Shown here: in pieces, positions 24,370 through 37,685 of the stretch | Position numbering within the stretch: the first letter of the stretch is position 1 | Layout: each line of letters opens with the position of its first letter | Origin: Octopus sinensis | Taxonomy: Eukaryota | Assembly (NCBI RefSeq): GCF_006345805.1 | Contig: NC_043024.1 | Span: forward strand, 16,058,001-16,122,000 | Length of the DNA stretch: 64,000 nucleotides | Reading direction: 5' to 3' | The notes under the pieces: generated by a model | What the model saw: the letters and a program-made list of their open reading frames with translations, nothing else | Told to the model about the DNA's origin: nothing | The model's database searches: none | Position numbers and translations under genes: made by a program

Positions 24370-24920
24370 CTGTTATTGGTGCTGTGATCGAATGTGACTT
24401 TTTAGCCCAGCTAAAGATCTACAATCTCTTGTACAGAATTGGCAACTAAAACCTTTACCGGCAATAGCCGGCTGTAGTTGTAACTGAACTTCATGTACCT
24501 TTGCATATCATTTAAGTCCTCCTGCCGAATTACACTCTCTTCCACATGCCTGACAGATATGATTAGTATGGTGTGTGTTACACCACCACCAGTGGCCTGG
24601 TTGTCACTCATCTGTCTCGCTTTATGACTACGAAGATGACTCTTGAGTCCAGCTTTACTGAGGCAGGGTCTTGCACAGACACTGCATGTCAGCATCATAG
24701 GAAGACCCTTCCCATCTGGAAGTGTAACAGTGATGCCCTTCCTGACATCCCTCCTTACTTTCTCATGCGCAACTCGAGATTTCTCAAAAGTAGCTGTCAC
24801 CTCGCGCACAATTCTTCTCCACCTGCTACGAACAATAGCTATGCCCACCCATGTGTCAGGAAAGATGCAAGCATCTCTTAAGGAAGCCTTCAGCAAGTCC
24901 TTATACCTCTTTTTTGGTCC
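24370..24920 (-). mobile_element. RTE-type LINE C-terminus with C2H2-like motif
   Basis: GPKKRYKDLLKASL...RSRWR...CSVCARPCLSKAGLKSHLRSH. Confidence 0.85.
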
Positions 24921-25255
24921 TTTGAAGCAGGGATGGTAAAGAACTTCTTCATGATTCACAAGGAATTCTGCGATGGTTGCAAGAACACTTTGATGAACTT
25001 TTGAATCAGCAGTCTGTAGTTAGTGAGGATGTTCTCAATCTCATCCCTGGATTACCCATGAAGGCAGCACTCGCAGAACCACCAAAGTCAGAAGTTGCAG
25101 TGGCTGTCTCAAGGATGAATAATGGGAAATCTCTGGGTATGGATGGCATACATGCGGAGTTATTACAGCATGGTGGTGAGAAACTTCTGCAGCAACTTCA
25201 CTCTTTGTTTGGTAAGATATGGACTAGTGAATCTGTACCTGAGGACTGGAGAGAT
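24921..25255 (+). mobile_element. RTE-type LINE pre-RT segment, head-to-head with the fragment to its left
   Basis: QEHFDELLN...MNNGKSLGMDGIHAELLQHGG...IWTSESVPEDWRD. Confidence 0.85.
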
Positions 25256-25310
25256 ACATACATACATACATAATTACATATATACATACATACATACATA
25301 CATACATATG

Positions 25311-25503
25311 AGGAAATAATTTTATTCTCAAACGCAGGATAATGCTAGTAATATAGCACGAACAGGATAAACTATCCATAGTTTGCAGAAAAATCTGTTG
25401 GCAGCCAGCCATGAGACAGATTTTTCTACAAACTATGGATAGTTTATCCTGTTCGTGCTATATTACTAGCATTATCCTGCGTTTGAGAATAAAATTATTT
25501 CCT
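25311..25503. repeat. Inverted repeat, 87-bp arms, 19-nt spacer; further diverged direct copy at 25708-25860
   Basis: 25311-25397 versus 25417-25503, one mismatch seen. Confidence 0.9.
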
Positions 25504-26944
25504 TATCTCTATCTTTCAATACATCTCAAAGCTTCTAAAGCAAACTTTGTTGACTTTCAATGTATGTTGAATTTAAGGTATGATAACATCTTATAAAGCT
25601 AGATCTATATATCCTAAATTTGCAGAAGAATTTGTTGTTCGGACAGTTTAGCTTAATGATAAAGCACTTGACACGTAATCACAGGGATGTGATTTCGAGT
25701 CTCGTGGCTGGCTGCCAACAGATTTTTCTGCAAAATATGGATAGTTTATCCTGTTCATGCTATATTACAAGCATTATCCTGCATTTGAGAAGAGAATTAT
25801 TTCCTTATCTGTATCTTTCAGTACATTTCAACGCTTCTAAAGCAAATTTTGTTTATTGACTTTCAACATAAGTTGAATTTAACATACATTCATAAGTACA
25901 TACATAACTATCATTCTGGATAAGCTTGGATTTTCAGATAAAAGACATCATCCACCTGACTTGCACATTACAAATACAATCTGTAAGTGGAACAGTAAAA
26001 CTCTGCAAGACTTTTCTCAGATTTAAAATGTGACATTGTTTTCATCATCTACATTCCAAACAAGGAGTTTTGTATCTTTGTTAGAAACCAGCTCCGAGTT
26101 TGAATGATTAAAAACAGAAGAGAAACATACATACATACATACATACATACATACATACATACATACATACATACATACATTAATCAGCCGAAATTGCGAG
26201 GATGATCCGGTTCTTGACTGAAGATTAGAGGCTTCGAATGACCCGTCTGTGTTTTTTGTATCGTCTATTTGAATGTTTTGCGTTCTTGTCCCATTTTATA
26301 TTTTTATATATACATACATACATACATACATACATACATACATACACACATACACATAGATACATACATACATTCAGTCATACATACATGCACACAAATA
26401 CATACCTACATACATACACACACACATACATACACACATACATACATACATACATACATTCACATACACACACACACACACACATACATATATACATACA
26501 TAAATACATACATACATACATACATACATACATACATACATACATACATACATACATACATACATACATACATTCACATACACACACACACATACATATA
26601 TACATATACATCCTGACGTCATCATTGGCTGCCCGTCATAGTTCAACGTTGACTGTTTTGTTCAGAACTTCTTTGGACAGTAAGGTAGTTGGCCTCATCT
26701 CCCCACCAAATTGTCTCTCTGTGCATCCACATCATGTACCAAGTGGTGTAAAAGAGTGCAATGTGCACAGGTGGCAATGAGGTTGTCTTGCTGTAGCAGT
26801 TCATTTGCTAGTTGTAGCCCAACCATTGTCTGATGGTACAGATCTTCCACTTGCCACAATAACCTTCAAGCCATTTATATAGAACCCCTCCGCCTTGTCG
26901 GCTATCCAATATCCTGCTGCCTACATCTTCACCGTATTCTTTTC

Positions 26945-27520
26945 TACTCTGGGCACAAGGCCCGAAACTTTTGGGGGAGGGGGAGATCGACTCCAGTATG
27001 CAACTGGTACTTAATCTTTCAACCTTGAAAGGATGCAAAGCAAAGTCAACATTGGCGGAATTTGAACTCAGAACAAAAAGACATATGAGATACTGCTAAG
27101 CATTTTGTCCGGCTTGCTGACATTTCTTATTTCTTTATTGCCTACAAGGGGCTACACACACAGGGGACAAACAAACGGATTAAGTCGACAATGTCGACCC
27201 CAGTGCGTAACTGGTACTTAATTTATAGACCCCGAAAGGATGAAAGGTAAAGTCGACCTCAGCAGAATTTGGACTCAGAATGTAACTGCAGACAAAATAC
27301 CTATTTCTTTACTACCCACAAGGGGCTAAACACAGAGAGGACAAATGGATTAAGTCGATTATATCGACCCTAGTGCATAACTGGTACTTATTTAATCAAC
27401 CCCGAAAGGATGAAAGGCAAAGTAAACCTCGACAGAATTTGAACTCAGAACGTAATGACAGACGAAATACCGCTAAGCATTTCGCCCGGCGTGCTAACGT
27501 TTCTGCCAGCTCGCTGCCTT
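26945..27520 (-). mobile_element. Cluster of three partial or complete SINE family B copies
   Basis: Repeated GAAAGGATGAAAGG.AAAGT..ACCTC..CAGAATTTGAACTCAGAA. Confidence 0.8.
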
Positions 27521-27914
27521 AAGCATGCTGACGTTTCTACCAGCTCACCACATTCATCATATTCCTTGCACGATTCTACGGACGGAAGGGGCAACTTTCT
27601 CTCCCCTTTATGGCCTGTCAACATGTATACACATATGCATATGGACATATGATAGTAACAGCTGGTATCTCACACATGGCTATTCCCGGTTACCCTTTCT
27701 TATCATCCAACTATATATGAAATGTGGTATAAGGGATCTGTTATTCATGATATATAAGGGCCCAGAGAAAATATTCTGGGAGCAGAAAAGAAGAAAATTC
27801 AGTAATACCTCGAATTAATTCGTTCCTGGAGAATGCTCGTAAAGCGAAAACTCATAAACAGAAAATAAAACTTGTAAAAACTCGTAAAGCAGGTCCTTAA
27901 AAAGCAAGGTGTTA

Positions 27915-28272
27915 CTCTTTTACTTCTTTCAGTGATTTGACTGCGCCTTTAGTCAACCAAATCGACCCCAGGACTAATTCTTTGTAAGCCTAGTACATAA
28001 TCTATCGGTCACTTTTGCTGAACCGCTATGTTACGGGGACGTAAACACACCAGCATCAGTTGTCAAGTGATGTTGGAGGACAAACACAGACACACAAACA
28101 TATACACACACATACATACATATATACATATATATATACAACAGGCTTCTTTCAGTTTCCGTCTACCAAATCCACTCACAAGACTTTGGTCAGCCCAAGG
28201 CTATAGTAGAAGACACTTGCCCAAGGTGCCATACAGAACCATGCGGTTGGTAAGCAAGCTACTTACCACAGC
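27915..28272 (-). mobile_element. SINE family A
   Basis: Reverse complement of 18205-18602. Confidence 0.85.
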
Positions 28273-28516
28273 CACTATTGTGCCTATTTACTGTACACGA
28301 AAAAAAATTAAGAAAGAAGAAATATTGAAAAAGACTGCATTTTTATTTATACAAAGAATGTGTGAAGGAGTTAGGATTCCCTGCAGAAATATTTAGCATC
28401 GATGATTCTATGCTGACTTGTTTGACATCACTCGTTTTAAATGTTTCTCTCGTTCTCTCCCTCCTTTCGCTCTCTTTTTCTCTCTTTTTACTCCCTCTCT
28501 CTCTTTCTCTCTCTTC

Positions 28517-28740
28517 TTTTATTCTTTTACTTGTTTCAGTCATTTAACTGCGACCATGCTGGAGCACCACCTTTAGTCTAATCAACCCCAGGACTTATTC
28601 TTTGTAAACCTAGTACTTATTCTATCATTCTTTTCTGCTGAACTGCTAAGCTATGGTAATGTAAACACTCCAACATAGGTTGTCAAGTGATGGTGGGGGA
28701 CAAACACAGACACAAATACATACATACATACATACATACA

Positions 28741-28776
<36 letters not shown>

Positions 28777-28937
28777 TACGACGGGCTTCTTTCAGTTTCC
28801 ATCTACCAAATCCACTTACAAGGCTGTGGTCAGCCCAAGGCTATACAAGAAGACACTTGCCCAAGGTGCTACACAGTGGGACTAAACCCGGAACAATGTG
28901 GTTGGGAAGTAAGCTTCTTACCACACAGCCATTCCTG
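28517..28937 (-). mobile_element. SINE family A
   Basis: Reverse complement of 18205-18602. Confidence 0.85.
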
Positions 28938-29419
28938 TGCGCAGGGCAAATTTTAGCCATTTCTCCGCAGCCTGAAAAAGCGATGAACAACCTTAATCAA
29001 TTTTCGAACCTTATTGTGCTCTCATCAGAGGTGTGTCAGCATATTTCACATTTAGATGCTTGGGGAGAGGGAAGGCATTTATGCCAATTGTGTTCAATTT
29101 ATAAATTGCTCTTTCGCATTTCCTCGCCAAGATAAATATTTAAACCACCTGATGAATGACTGTAACTTGAAAATTTAAAGAAGTTAGCAGCCATGAAATG
29201 ATCATAGTGATATATTAATTATATTTTTTTAATAATTTTGTTATATATTTAAATAATATAAATTAAATAATCTTATGTATTGGCTTAAGTTTTTCATTGT
29301 ATGATTTGCCTAATAGTGGTTTTGTCTCTAATTTAATATAATATAATATTTTACTATAAAATTGGATTCAATCCTAAATCTGATTTTTCCCTGTAAGTTT
29401 GGATTAATTCCCTAATATT

Positions 29420-29429
<10 letters not shown>

Positions 29430-29454
<25 letters not shown>

Positions 29455-30349
29455 TATTCATAAATGAGGGTGAAAAATTAGATATTAATTTAATAATACC
29501 GTCAGTTTAACACCGAGTGGCCCAGCACATAGAAACCAGGGAGACAGTACAAATTTATATATAAATATAATAGAGTTAACGATAAGTGGCTAACTCTAGT
29601 GCTAGAAATAGCTCCTTATTCTGGTATAGCCACCGAAGATTTTTTTCCACAGCAGAAACAGCATTACCTTCAATGTAAGGGAAGCGAAATACAACAAAAA
29701 GATAGATCAATACTGAACAATTGTTTCCTTATCAACATAAATGTAATTATACTCACATATTTGTCTATAATTCATCAGCAGTATTTGTCCTCGATACAAT
29801 TTATCAATATATATGTTGATAAGGAAACAATTGAGACATAAATACAGCAACATCAGTTGTCAAGCGACGATGGGGGAACAAACACAGACACACACACACA
29901 CACACACAAACACATATACAAAGGAAGAAGACACCATCCTTTCATGAGGCTATCATAACCTCTAATCGGATTATATACATATATATATATATGTATGTAT
30001 ACATATATATATATATATAAACCATAGTAAACACATAAATGTGAAACAAGGTGGAAGAAAGAGTACTCAAATACCAGAGGTAGTGTAATATGCTTTATTT
30101 AAAAGCAGCAGAAATATAACAAACGGGAACATGAAACTCTGAGTAACAGCTTTTGTTATATTTCTGCTGCTTTTAAATAAAGTATATATATATATATATA
30201 TATATACGACAGGCTTCTTTCAGTTTCCGTCTACTAAATCCACTCACAAGGCTTTGGTTGGCAGTAGGACTGAACCTTGAACCATGTGGTTGGGAAGCAA
30301 ACTTCTTACCACAGACCCATGCCTATATGTATATATATGTATATATATG

Positions 30350-30409
<60 letters not shown>

Positions 30410-30412
30410 CAT

Positions 30413-30471
<59 letters not shown>

Positions 30472-30477
30472 CATACA

Positions 30478-30535
<58 letters not shown>

Positions 30536-30580
30536 CATACATGCATATATATATATATACATACATGCATATATATATAT

Positions 30581-30657
<77 letters not shown>

Positions 30658-30676
30658 CATACATATATATATATAT

Positions 30677-30719
<43 letters not shown>

Positions 30720-31241
30720 GTTTAAACATTTAAATATTGGCCAAACTGGCATAATGACCATTCCGAAATATAACAATATATATATATATATTATATATAT
30801 ATATAAATATATTCATAAATGAGGGTGAAAAATTAGATATAATTTAATAATACCGTCAGTTTAACACCGAGTGGCCCAGCACATAGAAACCAGGGAGACA
30901 GTACAAATTTATATATAAATATAATAGAGTTAACGATAAGTGGCTAACTCTAGTGCTAGAAATAGCTCCTTATTCTGGTATAGCCACCGAAGATTTTTTT
31001 CCACAGCAGAAACAGCATTACCTTCAATGTAAGGGAAGCGAAATACAACAAAAAGATAGATCAATACTGAACAATTGTTTCCTTATCAACATAAATGTAA
31101 TTATACTCACATATTTGTCTATAATTCATCAGCAGTATTTGTCCTCGATACAATTTATCAATATATATGTTGATAAGGAAACAATTGAGACATAAATACA
31201 GCAACATCAGTTGTCAAGCGACGATGGGGGAACAAACACAG

Positions 31242-31274
<33 letters not shown>

Positions 31275-31706
31275 TATACAAAGGAGAAGACACCATCCTT
31301 TCATGAGGCTATCATAACCTCTAATCGGATTATATACATATATATATATATGTATGTATACATATATATATATATATAAACCATAGTAAACACATAAATG
31401 TGAAACAAGGTGGAAGAAAGAGTACTCAAATACCAGAGGTAGTGTAATATGCTTTATTTAAAAGCAGCAGAAATATAACAAACGGGAACATGAAACTCTG
31501 AGTAACAGCTTTTGTTATATTTCTGCTGCTTTTAAATAAAGTATATATATATATATATATATACGACAGGCTTCTTTCAGTTTCCGTCTACTAAATCCAC
31601 TCACAAGGCTTTGGTTGGCAGTAGGACTGAACCTTGAACCATGTGGTTGGGAAGCAAACTTCTTACCACAGACCCATGCCTATATGTATATATATGTATA
31701 TATATG

Positions 31707-31758
<52 letters not shown>

Positions 31759-31768
31759 ATATATACAT

Positions 31769-31839
<71 letters not shown>

Positions 31840-31841
31840 CA

Positions 31842-31886
<45 letters not shown>

Positions 31887-31946
31887 TATATAATATATAT
31901 ACATACATGCATATATATATATATACATACATGCATATATATATAT

Positions 31947-32019
<73 letters not shown>

Positions 32020-32150
32020 CATACATATATATATATATACATACATACATACATATATATATATATAATATATATATAGTACGTTTAAACATTTAAATAT
32101 TGGCCAAACTGGCATAATGACCATTCCGAAATATAACAATATATATATAT
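29430..32150. repeat. Tandem duplication, two copies of a ~1355-bp unit with (TA)n junctions
   Basis: Identical 80-aa ORFs at 29599 and 30953 and identical SINE fragments at 30205 and 31560; visible differences lie mostly in the microsatellites. Confidence 0.93.
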
Positions 32151-34984
32151 ATATTGTTATATTTTGTTATATATATGTATGTATGTATGTATAAAAAATA
32201 TATAAAATGGGACAAGAACGCAAAATATTCAAATAGACGATACGAAAACGGACGGGTCATTTGAAGCCTCTAATCTTCAGTCAAGAACTGGATCATCCTC
32301 GCAATTTTGGATGATTAACCTTGAGATTGCTCCCATCTGGCCAGCCCCAAGGAAAAACTAAGCTACGAGCATTAGATTTCTTGGAAAAAGGATCGAATGT
32401 ATATGAAACAAGGGCAGAAAAACAGACGATGTTACACGAAAATAAATACAAAAAACACAAAGTAATACAATATAAATACAAAAAACAGAAAACAACAACA
32501 ATAATAATAATAATAACAGGACAAAGACAACGGGCGTCTTTCGACTTTAGGCAATTCAAATTAGCTGGCGTGTGAGAAAAATAATGCTTTACAGCAGACG
32601 AAGAAATCGATGTTGTTCTGGCGCTGGTCAGAAGCCGAAAGGCTGTAGTTGACCGGCGGTCATGTGAGAAGAGAAGAGAGAGAAAAAAAGGGGCAAGGAA
32701 TTAAAGAGAGGGAGAAGAGAGAGAAAAAGAGGGAAAGAAGGAATTAAAGAGAGGGAGAAGAAAGAGAGCGTGCCAAGAATTGGCGGGACAAAAGAAAGGT
32801 AGGGTCAGTGAAGTGCAGAGTAAGAAAAGCAGATATATATATATATAGCTAGATAGATAGACAGACAGACAGATAGATTAGAGACAGGTATTCTCTGTAT
32901 AGAAAACACTTTGTAGTGCTCAAGGGATTTGAACTTGAGCAAGTAGTGGAGTAAATGTGAGGACAAGCAAGTTAGGCAAGTCGATATACACAGAATATTA
33001 GATTCATTTAATACAAAAATGTACATATGTATGCATATAAAAAGGACCAACTTGCACAAAATATAAATGATATCAGGAATTAAAGGGGTTGAGTTTTGCT
33101 AGTCCGACAGCTGTTTCTGGGGGCTTGGTGGTCCGGAATAATGAGAGTAACTTGGTTCCATTATGGGCTAACATTACCTCCATCTTCAGGGGAGAATTTT
33201 ACATTTGAGGTGTTGACAGGGTGGAGTTTATTCCAGACCACCAAACTCCCCAAAAACAGCTGTTGGGCTTGTAAAACTCAACCTCTTTAATTCCTGATAT
33301 CATATTCTGTGTAAGTCGGATCTTCTTGTATTTTCTTTTACCCAAAGCCAGAAACTTTTCAACACTAACTTGTATATCTGTGTCTTTGTATTTGTGTTTG
33401 TCCCCCAGCACTGCTTGGCCACCGATGTTGGTTTGTTTATGTCCCCGTAAGTGGTAAAAGAGATGAAGTGAATAAGTACAAGACTTTAAAAAGTGTACTG
33501 GGATCGATTCATTCGACTAAAACTTCTTCACTCATTAGAATGCGGCCATGCTGGGGCCTGGTCGCAGTCTAATATGACCGAAACAAGTAAAAGATAAAAG
33601 ATATTTACACTGACAAATAAATTATTTATCGTTACACCCTTTCTTATTGTTTCAAACTTTGGACACAAGAGTTAAGTGGGGGTGGTTCGGTCAATTACAT
33701 CGGCCCCAGCACTTCATTGACCCTAAAACGATAGAAGCAAAGTCAATCTCGGTAACATTTGAAATCAGAGTATAAAGAGAGCTGGAAGAAATGCCATTGG
33801 GAATTTTGTCCAACGCACTAACGATTCTACCAGTTCGCCAACTTGACATTTTTTATTAAAATTTTTTTTAAATCTTGCTAGGTAATGAATGTTAATGACC
33901 TACACATTACATTGTGTAACAAAATTTTATTTTATTTTATTTTTATTTTTGTCTTTGGTCAGTTTGTGCTACTTTCTATTTGCTTTTGTCTAGAAATCAA
34001 AGGAAATGACAACTATTCCCTTCACTGGACATCAATGTTTTGAAACTGACCTTTTTTCCATTACACTTCAAGCAGATTCAGCACTGAGTTGCTGAAGCAG
34101 AAATATGGTTATAGCAAATATTCTGCTCAATACCAGAGATTTGCATGTCAATTGCTTGACCTTAACCACTTGAGTATGTCCTTTTATGGCTGACAGTATG
34201 TGCGTTTCTGATGATGAGCAGGAGTAAAGGGAGGGCATCATAGCCATGTGTTGAGAGGAATTCTTTAGGGTTTGAATAAATGTAACAAAAGCTAAGTTTG
34301 AAGGAAATATTAACCTTTTTCAATACTTTCTAGTGTTAAGCAAATAGGAAATAACAGTTGCTGCCCAAAGACAAAACTTGTGTTATACAGTGTTATAGAC
34401 CCCCACAATTTTATTATTCACATTGAAATCTATAAATTATTCTACTGTGGTTGACTAGACGGTACCCTAGACTGCCGGGTATAATAGGTCAGCATGCTAT
34501 AAAGACCATAGAGTACAGTAAGGCAAATATTCATGCCCCAGACAACATATTTCAGTAGACTGCATGGTACAGTAGTCGGTAATTCACCACGAAGTACAGC
34601 AGAGCTGTACAGATTCCACAGGGTATGGCAGGTCAAAAACTATTGTAGACAGATGGTACCCTAGATAGGATATTATAGTAGACTGCCAGGTACAATAAGT
34701 CAGCATGCTATAAAGACCGTAGTGTATAGTAGGCTAAACATTCGTGCCCTAGATGAATGAACATGACAAATAACTCACAAGACAGTAGATGGTATAATAT
34801 AGAGGTTACAATATACAGCACTCAGCTATATCGATCACAGGACAGTTGATGGGAGAGTCTACTAGAGCAATTTTGATATGATAAGAATTAAAAGAGGAAA
34901 TGATTTAAAGAGAAGCCTATCGATACAACAACAACAACAATAACTTTATTGCATCTAAAGTAAATAAATATAATGATAATCCTT

Positions 34985-35370
34985 TCTTCTATAGGCACAA
35001 GGCCTGAAGTTTTTAGGGAGGGAATTAGTCGATTACATCGACCCCAGTGTTTAACTGGTACTTGATTTATTGACCCCTGAAAGAAAAAAAGGCAAAGTTA
35101 ATCTCAGCCGTATTTGAACTCAGAACATGAAGACAGACGAAATGCCGCTAAGCATTTCACCTGGCATGCCAAAGGTCCTGCCAGTGAAATACTGAGGTCA
35201 ATCTAACCGACTGGATCCCTCCCCCAAAATTTCAGGCCTTGTGCCTAGAGTAGAAAAGAATAATCCTTTCAACTGGAAGCACAAGGTCTCAAATTTGTGG
35301 GGAGGGGACTAGTTGATTATATCGACCCCAGTGTTTCACTGGTACTTAAGTATTTTGCCCAGTTCGCCAC
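34985..35370. mobile_element. SINE family B copies
   Basis: AGGCACAAGGCCTGAA tail and GAACTCAGAAC head motifs. Confidence 0.75.
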
Positions 35371-35386
35371 CTTAATAAATATAATA

Positions 35387-35952
35387 TTGGATTGTCCGGA
35401 AAGTTTGTGCCGATTTTTAAAGGAAAGAAAAAGGTCAATAAATACTTGCCATTAAACTTTTAATCAACCAAATATGAACCATTTTCTTGCACAATGCGTC
35501 TCCATCTTTCCTTTAACTTGAAAATACCCTCTTCCCACAATTGAGGTGGTTTCATGGTAAGGAATTCATCAAGGTATCTTTTTATGTCATCCAAGGAATT
35601 GAAATTTTTACCATTAAGACTATTCTGCAGAGACCTGAATAAGTGGAAATCTGAAGGAGCAATATCTGGTGAATATGGAGGGTGGGGTAACACATCTCAG
35701 CCAAGCTGCAGCAATTTTTGTCTGGTTCCCAAAGCATCAAGTGCCGAAAATGAACTTTCTTATTTTCCATTCTAAAGGGTTACAGAATTAACGCAGGTTA
35801 TAGGAACATAAACCTTCTCCCATGATAAGATAGCTTAAACTGTGCTCTGAATGGAGGTGTAGTCAAATCCTATTTTATGGACTCAATCATGTTCTAAAAT
35901 CAGTCGAAAGGTAAGCTACTATATATTGGCAAGAACTTTCCGGACAACCCAA
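35387..35952 (-). mobile_element. Internally deleted mariner (566 bp) with both TIRs and TA flanks
   Basis: TIR TTGG(A/G)TTGTCCGGAAAGTT. Transposase start MENKKVHFRHLML is fused to the C-terminal LPHPPYSPDIAPSDFHLFRSLQN...WRRIVQENGSYLVD. Confidence 0.92.
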
Positions 35953-36101
35953 TAATAATGATAAAAATATCGAGACTCACCTTAATGTTGAAAGAGACGG
36001 TGTTTAATGTTACATTGTGTGGACCAAGTAAATATATTGATATAGCTGCAGGTAAGACATGGATATATTTGTCCAAAGCACAAGATAAGAATTTATAAAA
36101 A

Positions 36102-36343
36102 ATACAGAAAAGTTGAATTTCAAAAATAAAATAAAACAATCTTTATTTATTGATTCCTTTGGGAATATTTGAAACTTAGATCACACATTTATAGAAAAAA
36201 TAATATTCAATAAAGACGCCAACAGGCGTCTTTATTGAATATTATTTTTTCTATAAATGTGTGATCTAAGTTTCAAATATTCCCAAAGGAATCAATAAAT
36301 AAAGATTGTTTTATTTTATTTTTGAAATTCAACTTTTCTGTAT
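36102..36343. repeat. Perfect palindrome, 119-bp arms, 4-nt loop (AACA)
   Basis: 36102-36220 is the exact reverse complement of 36225-36343 by inspection; TA-CAG...CTG-TA ends. Confidence 0.93.
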
Positions 36344-37034
36344 ATAAAGATATATAAATGTCCATCCTAAATTGAAACTTGCACGTAAAAACAATGTTGT
36401 TGTTGTTGTTGTCACTGATGACTCCAGCTCAGTTTTGATCGAAGGTTTTACAGCTGCGACCATTATGTATATTTTTTTTCACACACGCTGTTATTGCTTT
36501 GTGGTTTTGAAGCTCACTTTTGTGGTTTCGGGTCCAGCCCCACCCCATCCCAATGACCAGCACCTTGAGCAAGTTTCTTCTGCTATAACCTCAAGGCCAA
36601 CCAACGCCTTGTAATACATGGAAGTCCATTGAAAATGAGTGTATGTGTGTGCATAAAGAGCTGGAAAAAAAGCTGCTAAGCATTTTGTCTGGTATGTTAA
36701 TGAATCTTAGATATATCTACCTATATCTACCTCTTTGATAACATTTATTTTGTCATTTAGGAAAATACAGTTTCTTTGTTGCATAACTACACTATTGCTT
36801 GTGTCACAGCTGTAAGCACTACTGTCATTGCTCCAAATGATGATTCCTGTCTGTTAATATAAACCTAGGACTAAGATGGGAAACTGGTGGAATCCTACAA
36901 TATGTGATGTCATGTTTATAATGTTTTACTCATTCTTCCTTGCAGCTGAGTAACTGTGCCATTCAGTCACTGATCATTACCATTGTATAGAAGCAAAGTT
37001 TTCCTTCTTGACTCATTCTTGTTGTAGCCATAGT

Positions 37035-37290
37035 TATAATTCATCATCATCATCATTTAGCATCCATTGTCCATACTGGCATGGGTTGGACAGTTTGACC
37101 AGGGCTAGTAAGATGAAGGGCTGCACCAGTATGATTTGGCAAGGTTTCTACAGCTGGATGCCTTTCTTAACGCCAAGCACACTGAGAGTGTAATGGGTGC
37201 TTTTATGTGCCACCAGCATGGGTGCCAGTTGCGTGACACCAATATCTGCCACGACTACAATTTTCCTTGGCTTGATGGGTCTTCTATTCA
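37035..37290 (-). mobile_element. RTE LINE 3'UTR-only copy
   Basis: (CAT)n tail, CTGGATGCC.TTC.TAACGCCAA, one GCTTTTATGTGCCACC sub-repeat. Confidence 0.75.
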
Positions 37291-37314
37291 AGCACAACAT
37301 ATTCTTTTCTTGCA

Positions 37315-37685
37315 GAGGGGACCAGTCGATTAGATTGACCCAGTATGCAACCGGTACTTAATTTATTGACCCTGAAAGGATGAACGCCAAAGTCAACTTT
37401 GGCAGAATTTGAACTCAGAATGTAAAGACATGAAATACTGCTAAGCATTTCACCCGGCATGCTAATATTTCTGCCAGCTTGCCGCCTTTAATATTCTTTT
37501 CTACTCTAGGCACAAGGCTCAAAATTTTGAGGGAGGGGGCCAGTCGATTAGATCAACCCTAGTACACAACTGGTACTTAATTTATCGACTCCGAAAAGGT
37601 GAAAGGCAAAGTCGATCTTGGTGGAATTTGAACTCAGAACGTAGAGACAGACAAAATGCATTTAGCTCGGTGTGCTAAGGTTTCT
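37315..37685 (-). mobile_element. Two tandem SINE family B copies
   Basis: Core and head motifs repeated. Confidence 0.8.

Noticed and set aside
26215-26250. CTGAAGA...GAAT motif (related at 32255-32290 and 15035-15062) as additional hammerheads
   Set aside because: GAAA is replaced by GAAT and stems I-III cannot be formed convincingly.
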